A program made the translations under genes and the position numbers. Shown here piece by piece: positions 20,174 through 29,438 of a DNA stretch of 64,000 nucleotides. Below the pieces are notes generated by a model. That model saw nothing but the letters and a program-made list of their open reading frames with translations. It made no database searches and was not told the DNA's origin. Source of the DNA: Waterburya sp. (GTDB lineage Bacteria; Cyanobacteriota; Cyanobacteriia; Cyanobacteriales; Xenococcaceae). The stretch covers positions 3,744,001 to 3,808,000 of the forward strand of contig CBDCJV010000002.1 in assembly GCA_965217895.1 (NCBI GenBank), read 5' to 3'. Every line of letters begins with the position of its first letter. Position 1 is the first letter of the stretch.

Positions 20174-20260
20174 CTATTGGCTATAAACAGGCATTTGTGG
20201 TTTAACAAAAAGTAAAATCAGGCTAATCACGGCGATCGCCATCACCATAAACTCAGTCAT
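20174..20260 (-). CDS. Candidate 28-aa single-TM microprotein MTEFMVMAIAVISLILLFVKPQMPVYSQ
   Basis: Manual translation (ATG 20260, TAG 20174); hydrophobic core; contains a HIP1 read as AIA. Confidence 0.4.
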   Translation of the reverse strand: MTEFMVMAIAVISLILLFVKPQMPVYSQ

Positions 20261-20425
20261 AATTGCGTTGAACTTATCTTTCTAACTTAACCCTCTAAGG
20301 TATAAAGATAGCGACAAAGATGCTTTGATTAGAATATTATTTAAAGCAACCAGGCTTTTGTATTGCGAATTAATTGAAGAACTGGTTAGATAAAATATTG
20401 CCTGTCTTTTAAAGTAAGAGCAATT

Positions 20426-21967
20426 ATGAGCCGTTTAGCACTTTTAAGCGTTTGGGATAAAACTGGTCTTGTTGAGTTAGCTCAACAGCTAGTAGAAACA
20501 TTTGGGTTTGAGATTATCAGTAGTGGTGGCACAGCCAAGGCTCTACAGGATTCTGGCATCAGCGTAACTAAGGTTAGTGACTACACAGGTTCACCAGAGA
20601 TACTAGGAGGCCGAGTCAAAACCTTACATCCTCGTATTCACGGAGGAATCTTAGCCCGTAGAGATTTGGCAGAGGATCGGCAGGATTTGGAGGCTAATAA
20701 TATTCGCCCTCTGGATTTAGTTGTGGTGAATCTATATCCATTTGAGCAAACAATAGCCCAACCTAATGTCACCATACCAGAAGCGATCGAAAAGATCGAC
20801 ATCGGCGGACCAACTTTGATTCGCGCAGCAGCAAAGAATTTTAAGTACCTAACTGTTTTATGTAGCCCTAGTCAGTACGACCGATACCTAGCCGAATACC
20901 AGCAGTCTCAGGGACAGGTCTCGTTAGCTTTTCGTCAACAAATGGCTGGTCAGGCTTTTGCCCATACAAATAGTTACGATCGCGCGATCGCTGATTATTT
21001 TGCCAAGCTTAATTCCTCAGAGGATATGGAAGACAGCTACAGAATTAAGGGAAATAAGGTTCAGTCTCTGCGTTATGGCGAAAACCCCCATCAACCCGCT
21101 GCTTGGTATCAAAGTACAGCAGCATCAGGCTGGGCAGCAGCAAGCAAATTACAGGGAAAAGAACTAAGCTACAATAATTTAGTCGATTTAGAAGCAGCAA
21201 GAAGAATTATTACCGAATTTGAGCCTTCAGAACCCGCAGCAGCAGTTTTAAAACACACTAATCCCTGTGGTGCAGCCATGGGCAATACTTTGGCAGAAGC
21301 TTACGAAAAAGCCTTTAATGCTGATTCAGTGTCGGCTTTTGGGGGAATTGTGGCGTTAAATCAGCCTATCGATGCAGCAACGGCACAGGCTTTGACGAAA
21401 ACCTTTTTAGAATGTGTGGTTGCTCCTGGTTGCGATCGCGAAGCTCAAGCTATTTTGCAAGCTAAGTCTAAACTAAGAATTTTAATTCTGCCAGATTTAG
21501 CAACAGGACAAAAAGAAACTATCAAAGCGATCGCTGGAGGATTTTTAGTCCAGGCTAGCGATGACAAAATTGAAAACCCAGATGATTGGCAAATGGTGAC
21601 GGAGAAAAAGCCTACCCCTGAACAAATAGAGGAAATGCTCTTTGCCCAAAAGCTAGTCAAGCACGTTAAATCAAACGCTGTTTTAATTAGTCGCGATCGC
21701 GCTACCATTGGTATTGGTGCAGGACAAATGAATCGTGTCGGTTCAGTCAAAATTGCTCTAGAGCAAGCGGGAGATAAAGCTCAAGGAGGAGTGATGGCTA
21801 GTGACGGCTTTTTTCCCTTTGACGACTCTGTACGGACTGCTGCTGCTGCGGGAATTAGTGCCATTATCCAGCCTGGAGGTTCAATTCGCGATCGAGAATC
21901 TATTGCTGCTGCTAATGAGTTAGGCATAGTCATGGTTTTAAGCGGGACTCGTCATTTCTTACATTAA
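20426..21967 (+). CDS. purH: Bifunctional AICAR transformylase / IMP cyclohydrolase
   Basis: GRVKTLHP, IDIGGPT, LRYGENPHQ, KHTNPCG, SDGFFPF, QPGGS, RHFLH. Confidence 0.98.
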   Translation: MSRLALLSVWDKTGLVELAQQLVETFGFEIISSGGTAKALQDSGISVTKVSDYTGSPEILGGRVKTLHPRIHGGILARRDLAEDRQDLEANNIRPLDLVVVNLYPFEQTIAQPNVTIPEAIEKIDIGGPTLIRAAAKNFKYLTVLCSPSQYDRYLAEYQQSQGQVSLAFRQQMAGQAFAHTNSYDRAIADYFAKLNSSEDMEDSYRIKGNKVQSLRYGENPHQPAAWYQSTAASGWAAASKLQGKELSYNNLVDLEAARRIITEFEPSEPAAAVLKHTNPCGAAMGNTLAEAYEKAFNADSVSAFGGIVALNQPIDAATAQALTKTFLECVVAPGCDREAQAILQAKSKLRILILPDLATGQKETIKAIAGGFLVQASDDKIENPDDWQMVTEKKPTPEQIEEMLFAQKLVKHVKSNAVLISRDRATIGIGAGQMNRVGSVKIALEQAGDKAQGGVMASDGFFPFDDSVRTAAAAGISAIIQPGGSIRDRESIAAANELGIVMVLSGTRHFLH

Positions 21968-22016
21968 GAACTAATATTACGCACTTATTAATCTGTGAAG
22001 AAAGGGAAAAAGAAAA

Positions 22017-22982
22017 GTGGATAAATCAATGAAAAAAATATCTTTGCTGTGGGAAATTCCCTTGGCTTTGTTATCTTTTGTCTTTTACAAAGTCATGAAA
22101 TTGGTTATCGGCAATTTATTTACTATTTACCTGACGCTCAATCAAAAGAAAGCTTCACAGTGGCGCGTATTATCAAAAAAAACGATTAATGCGCCGTTAA
22201 TCCTGCCAGTTTTAATGACTAAAGGGCCTCGTTGGAATACTCATGCAGTGATTGGAACTTTAGGACCATTTGCCGTCAAAGAATTAATTGCAATCAACAT
22301 CAAAACTGCTAATAATTCTGCCCGTTCTTGGATTGCAGTAATATATAGCTTTCCTGGTTATAAAACGGTTACTAGCATAGAGTCCGATAAAATTAACCAA
22401 GATAATGATTGGCACACAGTCAAATTATCGCCTGGTAAATATTCTCTTGCCGTTCGTTACTATAATCGTTCTGAAGCTATTAATTATCCCGCTATTAAAG
22501 TAGATGATAGTTTATTTGTAGATTATTATAGTGTTCCTAGCAACATTAATGATTATTACTACGATTTAATTAAAGCTAAAAACTGGTTCTACTCCAGTCT
22601 GCACTACTATATTTTTACTATTCTTAAGCTGCGAGATTATTTACCAGAATCTTTTGTCCGTAGAGAATATTTACCCGTCGGCGCGCCAGATACTCACTTT
22701 GCCTATAATTATTTAGATTCACAACAGGCTTTACAAATAGTTATCGAGCCTGAAATTATTGAGCAATTTGATATTTATTTTACTCTTTACGATCGCTCTA
22801 GTTTGCCTTTAACTTGGTGCATAATTACTGAACCTCAATATTTACTATCATCTCAAGATAATAAAGGTTACTTTCTGCTGAGAATTCGCCCCAAACCCGA
22901 ACATTGTGATACTACTATTAAAGTAGAGTCTGAATTATTAAACGTTGATAGTTCAATTCAGCGTTGGCAAGTTAGTAGGTAG
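22017..22982 (+). CDS. Hypothetical protein (DUF6208-like)
   Basis: Long ORF co-directional with purH; MTKGPRWNTHA and EYLPVGAPDT motifs; family assignment from memory. Confidence 0.6.
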   Translation: MDKSMKKISLLWEIPLALLSFVFYKVMKLVIGNLFTIYLTLNQKKASQWRVLSKKTINAPLILPVLMTKGPRWNTHAVIGTLGPFAVKELIAINIKTANNSARSWIAVIYSFPGYKTVTSIESDKINQDNDWHTVKLSPGKYSLAVRYYNRSEAINYPAIKVDDSLFVDYYSVPSNINDYYYDLIKAKNWFYSSLHYYIFTILKLRDYLPESFVRREYLPVGAPDTHFAYNYLDSQQALQIVIEPEIIEQFDIYFTLYDRSSLPLTWCIITEPQYLLSSQDNKGYFLLRIRPKPEHCDTTIKVESELLNVDSSIQRWQVSR

Positions 22983-23056
22983 TAGGTAGTAGGTAGACAA
23001 CAGTAAGCCTTTGGAACTTTTATTATAGATAAACCAGTGGAAATGAATTGGAATGA

Positions 23057-23509
23057 CTATACCTTTTTCTTCTCAATATATTCGCGCCAGTAAGTAATTT
23101 TGCCGTCATCCCGTAGTTCAAAAATGATGGCATCTTCTGCTGCTGATGGCTTTCCTGTTTTTTTATGGCGATCGCTCCAGTCCCATTCTACTGCCCCCTG
23201 GCGGTCTTTGAAGATTGTTCGTTTGATTTTTACTTTAGTATCGGTAAATTGCCGAAAGTAATCTGATGCTGCCTTCTCAATTGCGTCTACTCCTTTAAAG
23301 GTAAAGCCTCCAGCTATAAAAATAGCATCGGGAGCAAAATCTCCAATCAGGCTTGATACATCCTGTGTTTCCCAAGCAGTTGCTTGTCTTTCAACCATAG
23401 CCGAAGTAGCTGTTTCTGAATTCATTGGTTTGGCAAAAATTAATAAAATCGATAGGGAAATAATAAAGGCAAAAACCTGATTCATAGTACGCATTAAATC
23501 ATTGAACAT
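23057..23509 (-). CDS. NTF2/SnoaL-like domain protein with signal peptide
   Basis: FAPDA.F, GAVEW.W, DGKITYWREY. Confidence 0.8.
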   Translation of the reverse strand: MFNDLMRTMNQVFAFIISLSILLIFAKPMNSETATSAMVERQATAWETQDVSSLIGDFAPDAIFIAGGFTFKGVDAIEKAASDYFRQFTDTKVKIKRTIFKDRQGAVEWDWSDRHKKTGKPSAAEDAIIFELRDDGKITYWREYIEKKKV

Positions 23510-23759
23510 TGAACATTAAACATTGACTCGTTCAAATGGGGAATTAAACCAAGAGTGAACGAATAAAACCGTGATTAGGATGGGAATTAAACCCCAGGTA
23601 TTGAAAAACGCGCAGGATCTTAATGTTAAATATTAACTGTTTAGCTCACGGCTCTTATTTTTTGAGGCAAAGTATAGTAATTAACCCAATCTTCGTCTCT
23701 CTGGGAAATTTAATGTCAAAATATTAATAATTAAGTAAATATATTTAAGAATAACCCTG

Positions 23760-25154
23760 ATGAGTACAGCAACAGCAGCTACAGCAACAACAGAACAAAT
23801 AAAAAGCGCGATCGCAACTTATAAAAACCAAATAGATTATTTAGAGATTAGAGTTGAGCAAAGCGAGTCTACAGGGCTTTCTTTCCGTGGTGAAAAGCTA
23901 GACTCTGTAGATCGTAGCTTTTCTCTTGGTGGTGGAATACGCGCCTGTCATGATGGTGGCTGGAGTTTTGTTACTTTTAATGGCTTGAAAGAGCTGCATG
24001 AGCGAATTGAAGAAGCTATTTCTCAAGCGAAACTTGTGGGTAAAGATAAAACTCAGCTAGCAACTGCTGAACCAATTGAAGATTTTGTTTCCGAAAAGAT
24101 TAAGCGAGATCCTCGTAGTGTATCTTTGCAAGATAAACGCAAGTTGTTAGAGGCTTATAATCAAATTCTGTTGAATTTTGACCCTCGCATCCAAACTACC
24201 ATGGCGAGTATCAGCGATCGCTTTGCGACTAAAACTTTTGTTAATTCTACTGGTAGCTGTATTGTCCAGGAAAGACTAGACGTTAACGGGCGGTTTGCAG
24301 CGATCGCCAAAGGGGAAGACGGTGTTGTACGTCAAGGCTTTGAGTCTGTCCATTCCCGCAATGATTTTAATGTTTTAGTAGGCATTGAAGACAGAGTTAG
24401 AGGGGCAGCAGAACGTGCGGTTAGACAATTAGAAGCGAAATCGGTTAAGGGTGGTCAATATACGGTAATTCTCGATCCTTATCTAGCTGGGGTGTTTATT
24501 CACGAAGCTTTTGGGCATCTTTCAGAAGCAGATTTTGTCTACGAAAATCCTAAAATGCAGGAATTGCTTACTTTAGGCAAACCTATGGGCATTGAACAGC
24601 TAAATGTTGTTGATGATGCAACTATGGAAAACCTTCCAGGTTCGATGAAGTACGATGATGAAGGCGTGCCAGGACAACGTAAGTATTTGATCAAAAACGG
24701 TGTTTTGACAGAGCGTCTCCACTCTCGCGAGACAGCAGGAAAAATGCAGGAAAAACCAACGGGTAACGCTAGAGCAATTCGCGCTAACTATCCCCCTATT
24801 GTGCGGATGACTAATACGGCTATTGAACCTGGAGATACTCCCTTAGAAGAAATGTTTGAGGGTATAGAAGAAGGAGTGTATGCCGTCAGAATGCTAGGTG
24901 GACAAACTAACGGCGAAATGTTTACTTTTGCAGCAGCAGAAGGCTATATGATTCGCGATGGTAAAGTTGCCGAGCCTGTTAGCGATGTAACCTTATCAGG
25001 AAATGTTTTTCAAACTCTGCAAGATATAGATGCAATTAGCAGCGATACCCTCTATACCAATGGAGGATGCGGAAAAGGAGGACAAATGCCTTTGCCTGTA
25101 AGCGTTGGTGGTCCTCATATTCGCATCAAAAACGTAGTTGTTGGCGGAAGATAG
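23760..25154 (+). CDS. tldD: TldD/PmbA family metalloprotease (catalytic TldD type)
   Basis: HEAFGHLSEAD zinc motif, DDEG, RMTNT, CGKGGQ. Confidence 0.9.
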   Translation: MSTATAATATTEQIKSAIATYKNQIDYLEIRVEQSESTGLSFRGEKLDSVDRSFSLGGGIRACHDGGWSFVTFNGLKELHERIEEAISQAKLVGKDKTQLATAEPIEDFVSEKIKRDPRSVSLQDKRKLLEAYNQILLNFDPRIQTTMASISDRFATKTFVNSTGSCIVQERLDVNGRFAAIAKGEDGVVRQGFESVHSRNDFNVLVGIEDRVRGAAERAVRQLEAKSVKGGQYTVILDPYLAGVFIHEAFGHLSEADFVYENPKMQELLTLGKPMGIEQLNVVDDATMENLPGSMKYDDEGVPGQRKYLIKNGVLTERLHSRETAGKMQEKPTGNARAIRANYPPIVRMTNTAIEPGDTPLEEMFEGIEEGVYAVRMLGGQTNGEMFTFAAAEGYMIRDGKVAEPVSDVTLSGNVFQTLQDIDAISSDTLYTNGGCGKGGQMPLPVSVGGPHIRIKNVVVGGR

Positions 25155-25228
25155 GTACAATGCGATATTTCTACAATTTCTATACTTACATCAAAGTACT
25201 AACTAACTGTGCTTAGGACAATATGAAT

Positions 25229-25258
25229 TGTCAGGGCGAATCGCGATTCGCCCTGACA
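25229..25258. repeat. Perfect 30-bp palindrome (GGGCGAA family), possible bidirectional terminator
   Basis: TGTCAGGGCGAATCGCGATTCGCCCTGACA between convergent genes. Confidence 0.75.
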
Positions 25259-25312
25259 CAAACTTGATTCTATAATCTAAAAACGTATAAATATATATTG
25301 ATACTCTTTGTT

Positions 25313-25675
25313 TTAAACTTCAGAGTTCTTTTGACGTTTACGAGCCTGATTTATAGTGTTGATATTCTCCACAACAATTACGATATTAGCAATAGTTCCT
25401 ACTCCCTGACCTGTTTGAAAAGCTTCCTCCTCAGATTCAGATGATAATACTGCAAATGTCATCGCAATAAAGAAAGCATAACCAAGAATCTTTAAAGGAT
25501 TTAACCCCCTATTCAAATAAATCATTGCTGCTGGTAAAAAAAAGAAAGTAAGAATACCAGTAATTAAAGAATTTTTTTTGGCTAGTTGTTCTGTTCTTTC
25601 TATATCTCTTGGAGTGGGTAAAAAAGGATTCCAAGGATTAGACTCTTTAGATTCTTTGGATTGTAAGTTAGTCAT
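25313..25675 (-). CDS. Hypothetical membrane protein
   Basis: 120 aa, 2-3 hydrophobic segments. Confidence 0.6.
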   Translation of the reverse strand: MTNLQSKESKESNPWNPFLPTPRDIERTEQLAKKNSLITGILTFFFLPAAMIYLNRGLNPLKILGYAFFIAMTFAVLSSESEEEAFQTGQGVGTIANIVIVVENINTINQARKRQKNSEV

Positions 25676-25841
25676 AGTTTTTTAGAATTTAATGATACTA
25701 ACTAAGCTTAAAAAATCTGTTACCTTATCTACGTGATCTCTATCTATATCAAGAAGTGATGTCTTGCAAAAAAGGTATAGATTGGATTAGGCGAATATTT
25801 TTAATAAATTTATCTATATACATTCACATTAAACATATTTT

Positions 25842-26447
25842 ATGGAAATTATTGTTGCCCTCTGTCTGGGCATAACTCTTAGTGCAGCCTGTGGTCTTCG
25901 GGTTTTTTTACCACCTTTAGTTATGAGTTTGGGGGCTATGTATGGTCATATTCCCCTCTCATCAGGGTTTGAATGGCTGGGAACTACTGAGGCGGCGATC
26001 GCTTTCGCCATTGCTACTGTTCTAGAAGTTTTGGCTTATTATGTTCCCGTAGTCGATAACCTATTAGATACGGTTCAAGTGCCAATTGCTGTAGGTATCG
26101 GCACGGTCTTAACTGCTGCCACTTTGGGGCATACCGATCCTGTCCTGCAATGGACGCTAGCTGCGATCGCAGGAGGTGGAACAGCAGGATTGATAGGAAC
26201 TTTTGCTAGTTTTACTAGATTAGCTTCTACAGGCGTTACTGCTGGATTAGGTAACTTTATTGTGGCAACTATCGAACTGGTTGGCTCAATTTCTTTATCG
26301 ATTTTGGGCATTACTTTTCCGCTTTGGACTGCTGCGATCGTTTTGGTTGTAATTATTGTGGCGGTGATTAGAATAATTTCTAATCCTCCAGGTTGGCTAC
26401 AGAAAGACCAATTGCAAGACCGAAAGATCGAGACAAACAAAAATTGA
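25842..26447 (+). CDS. DUF4126 membrane protein
   Basis: GITLSAACGLRVFLP, LEVLAYYVPVVDNLLD, TRLAST. Confidence 0.85.
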   Translation: MEIIVALCLGITLSAACGLRVFLPPLVMSLGAMYGHIPLSSGFEWLGTTEAAIAFAIATVLEVLAYYVPVVDNLLDTVQVPIAVGIGTVLTAATLGHTDPVLQWTLAAIAGGGTAGLIGTFASFTRLASTGVTAGLGNFIVATIELVGSISLSILGITFPLWTAAIVLVVIIVAVIRIISNPPGWLQKDQLQDRKIETNKN

Positions 26448-26619
26448 ATTATTCGGGAAAGAAAAAACGCCAGATGAGAAAACACAATGAATAGCTTGAC
26501 TGCTATTTTCACCGTCTTACGCCAACAGTTAAATGTGAATTTAAAGATTCATACAATTTCTTACCCGTGACGACCATTAACTGCCTTAACTTTTTAATAA
26601 AATAAGAGGAAGATATAGT

Positions 26620-26877
26620 CATTTCACCCTCGCCAGTCGCTTTAATGGGTTATAGACCATGGGGCTTATAAATCCCGCAGCAAAGCTAAAGCGCGTTTTG
26701 CGAGACAGTTCGTTGCGCGGGCTTCCCGCGTTGAAGGAACTGTCGAGGTTGAGTAAGAATACTCTTACTCAACAGGCGCAAGGGAATGCTGACCTTCGCT
26801 CCGTCCGTTTAGAAGTCCCCGTGCTGTTCCTAAACGGAACAGCTTTATGCGGGACGTGGCGGAGTAATCTGTCACTC
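26620..26877. repeat. Composite of nested hairpin repeats with an IS200/IS605-end-like terminus
   Basis: GACAGTTC..GAACTGTC, GTTGAGTAAGA..TCTTACTCAAC and GCTGTTCC..GGAACAGC hairpins; AGAAGTCCCCG..CGGGAC..GGAGTAATCTGTCAC end. Confidence 0.55.
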
Positions 26878-27000
26878 GCAAATAGAAACCATACGAAAAA
26901 GGGAAAATTTTGTAAGTACCTCAAATTCTTCTGGCTTCTGACCAGCCAATCATGAGAAACTTAATTGGAATGACTATAATTGTCAACAGCAGGTCAAAAT

Positions 27001-27537
27001 TTACACTCGCTTTTCTAAATATTGACCAATAGTAATTTCTTGTCCTGCGCGGGAGATAATAGTTTGTCTGGTGCGATACTTACTACCAACTAGCTTAATT
27101 TCTTCTTCAAAGACGTTGGAATTGTATTCGGTACGCAGACTCATTGTGTCTGGGTTGCTAAAAGAACAGATCGCGATAATAGGTTTGGGAGTGGCAAAAC
27201 CGCGATCGCGATATAGTATATTACCTTTAATCCCAAATACAGTAGAACCAGTAACAGGTTTGCGGTTTTCGTTGGTGTAGTTACTTTCCCAAGTAACTTT
27301 TGTTCCACAAACCAATGCTTTTAAGTTCTCTAGCTCATGACTTTGAGCTAATTCGACTAGTTCTGGTGCGCCCTGTTCTAAGAAGGAAATATTAAGCAAA
27401 CTTTCTACTTCTTGAGGCTCTACATCTTTTTTTAAGCTGTAATAGCGTCTTTGAGAATTCCAGCTACCTGCCGACTTGCGGAAAAAATCTACTGCTAATG
27501 ACTGTAAGGCAATGTTTGCTGTTTGCGCTAAAACCAT
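27001..27537 (-). CDS. cpcS: CpcS/CpeS-family phycobiliprotein lyase (possibly the CpcV-like subgroup)
   Basis: FFRKSAGSWNSQRRYY, RDRGFA, TEY..FEEEI..RTR, GQYLEKR. Confidence 0.8.
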   Translation of the reverse strand: MVLAQTANIALQSLAVDFFRKSAGSWNSQRRYYSLKKDVEPQEVESLLNISFLEQGAPELVELAQSHELENLKALVCGTKVTWESNYTNENRKPVTGSTVFGIKGNILYRDRGFATPKPIIAICSFSNPDTMSLRTEYNSNVFEEEIKLVGSKYRTRQTIISRAGQEITIGQYLEKRV

Positions 27538-27707
27538 CAAAATTAAACCTCTTTGTTTTATTCAAAAGATTTACACAAAAGCCATTCTGTCAATTAAAAA
27601 AGCTTTTACGTAATATTTCTTAATCTATCACAAACTTTATAATTGAGTCACTCTTTCATTGGGTAGATCTCTGTTAATTTATCTGTATATTGTGCGTAAT
27701 CTTTAGT

Positions 27708-28244
27708 ATGTCTAATTATCAAAATTTTATTGTCAAGCTAGTTACAAGTTTGGCGATGTCTGCTAGCGGGCGGAAACGGCGAACTTGTTTCGCCATTTCC
27801 GCCCGCTCTAGCTTCGCGATCACAGTTATTATTAGCTTGTGCTTCATATCCCCTGCAACTGCCGTCACCCAAAAACTACAGCTTAATAGCGCAGCGGGTT
27901 ACATAGTCGAAACGACGTTTAGCTACGATGAAAACCAAACTCCGAACGTGATTAAGGAACAAGGAGTAGGCAAAACTAATGCCATAGATTCAATGAAAGT
28001 CAGTTTCTATAAGCCATCTGGTGAACTAATTGCCAGCTACGACAATATTGTTAATGGGGTTTCTCAGGGCAGCTATTTTGAATTCAATTTTGATCCTCAA
28101 ACCCAACAATTGTCAGGAAATATAGATCTGGGTGGAGAGTCAATAGGGGAAATGTACTTAAAAGGCGAAATTGAGCAGGGATTATCCTTAATTGAAGTAG
28201 AGACAACAGGAGAAGAGAAGATAATCGATCGAGTTTATCGATAA
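27708..28244 (+). CDS. Secreted hypothetical protein
   Basis: Hydrophobic signal ending PATA, followed by a beta-rich domain; start uncertain. Confidence 0.6.
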   Translation: MSNYQNFIVKLVTSLAMSASGRKRRTCFAISARSSFAITVIISLCFISPATAVTQKLQLNSAAGYIVETTFSYDENQTPNVIKEQGVGKTNAIDSMKVSFYKPSGELIASYDNIVNGVSQGSYFEFNFDPQTQQLSGNIDLGGESIGEMYLKGEIEQGLSLIEVETTGEEKIIDRVYR

Positions 28245-28300
28245 ACTGTGAATATTACCGTGTCTCAAAAGTTTTAGCAGCATTAGTGGTTATCTAAACT

Positions 28301-29281
28301 ATGGAGCGACGTTATTTACTTAAATGGCTAGGAGGTTTGACAGCAGGAATTTTACTGGCATCAAAAACCAATGCTCAAGGACAGAATAGCGATCGCCTGG
28401 GTAAACTGCTGCCTCTAAGAACTCTAGGACGCACTCAAGAGGCTGTGACGATGCTTGGCTTAGGTGGATGGCATTTGGGAAGTCTCAGCGAAAGAGATGC
28501 CCAAGCAACTATTGAATTGGCATTACGAGGTGGAGTACGTTTTTTTGACACAGCCGAAATGTATCAGTCTGGCGGTAGCGAAGCCCGTATAGGTAAATTG
28601 CTCACTCCCAAATATCGAGATGTTATTTACCTGATGAGTAAAACAACGGCGCGGAATGCTCAAGATGCACGTAGTCGTTTGGAAGAATCTTTGCGTCGCT
28701 TAAATACCAGTTATCTAGATTTATGGCAGGTTCACGCTATAGAAAACCCTGATGATGTTGACGGGCGAATTACCAACGGCGTTTTTGAGGTGATGCAGCA
28801 GGCAAAAGCATCAGGCAAAGTACGCCATCTAGGCTTTACTGGACATACACAGCCAAATGCACATCTTCAAGTTTTAGAACAGTCAAATATTTTTGATACT
28901 TGCCAAATGCCCGTCAACATTGCCGATCCTAATTATTCCAGCTTTGTTCAACAGGTGATGCCAAAATTAGTTGAACGAAACATAGGCATTTTAGCGATGA
29001 AATCGCTAGCCAATGGCGGATTTTTTGGTGGCTCTTTCCATGGACAGCACGGAGACAACCCCAAAATTGTGCCAGATCGAGTGAGTGTTGCCGAAGCTAT
29101 AAACTTTGCTTGGTCTTTGCCTATTAGCGTTTTGATTACGGGCTTCAATAATCCTGAGCAAATGCAGGAAAAAATTAATTTAGCAAATTCCTTTGTGGCG
29201 ATGAATGATGCACAGCGACAAAATCTGATAGATAAGGTTGCCGATTTAGCAGGTAGAAAAGTTGAATTTTACAAGGCGTAA
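28301..29281 (+). CDS. Aldo/keto reductase with twin-arginine signal peptide
   Basis: MERRYLLK + hydrophobic stretch + TNA; FDTAEMY, MSKT, SLRRLNTSYLDLWQVH, GKVRHLG. Confidence 0.88.
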   Translation: MERRYLLKWLGGLTAGILLASKTNAQGQNSDRLGKLLPLRTLGRTQEAVTMLGLGGWHLGSLSERDAQATIELALRGGVRFFDTAEMYQSGGSEARIGKLLTPKYRDVIYLMSKTTARNAQDARSRLEESLRRLNTSYLDLWQVHAIENPDDVDGRITNGVFEVMQQAKASGKVRHLGFTGHTQPNAHLQVLEQSNIFDTCQMPVNIADPNYSSFVQQVMPKLVERNIGILAMKSLANGGFFGGSFHGQHGDNPKIVPDRVSVAEAINFAWSLPISVLITGFNNPEQMQEKINLANSFVAMNDAQRQNLIDKVADLAGRKVEFYKA

Positions 29282-29348
29282 TAAAGTTACAGCCTCTAAA
29301 AATCAACAAGCGATCGCACTTGAGTTGGTTTTAAATAAAAATGGTGGC

Positions 29349-29393
29349 AAGCTCGGATACAAATAGGAATTATTCTCATTTGTATCCGAGCTT
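29349..29393. terminator. 16-bp perfect hairpin between convergent AKR and ppk1
   Basis: AAGCTCGGATACAAAT...ATTTGTATCCGAGCTT. Confidence 0.7.
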
Positions 29394-29438
29394 TGTTCAT
29401 TAAATAGCTGGTCGTCGGGTTTGGTATTAAATTCTGAT

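Noticed and set aside
22973..22996. Heptamer tandem repeats (also near 23505, 55880, 62170, 63178)
   Set aside because: Ordinary cyanobacterial STRR-type repeats; relevant only as MITE cargo.
23536..23595. Mini CRISPR array (repeat end resembles GGGA.T.AAAC)
   Set aside because: Only two 12-bp copies; too short and no cas context.
26659..26955. 98-aa ORF
   Set aside because: It reads through palindromic repeats and has no recognisable domain.
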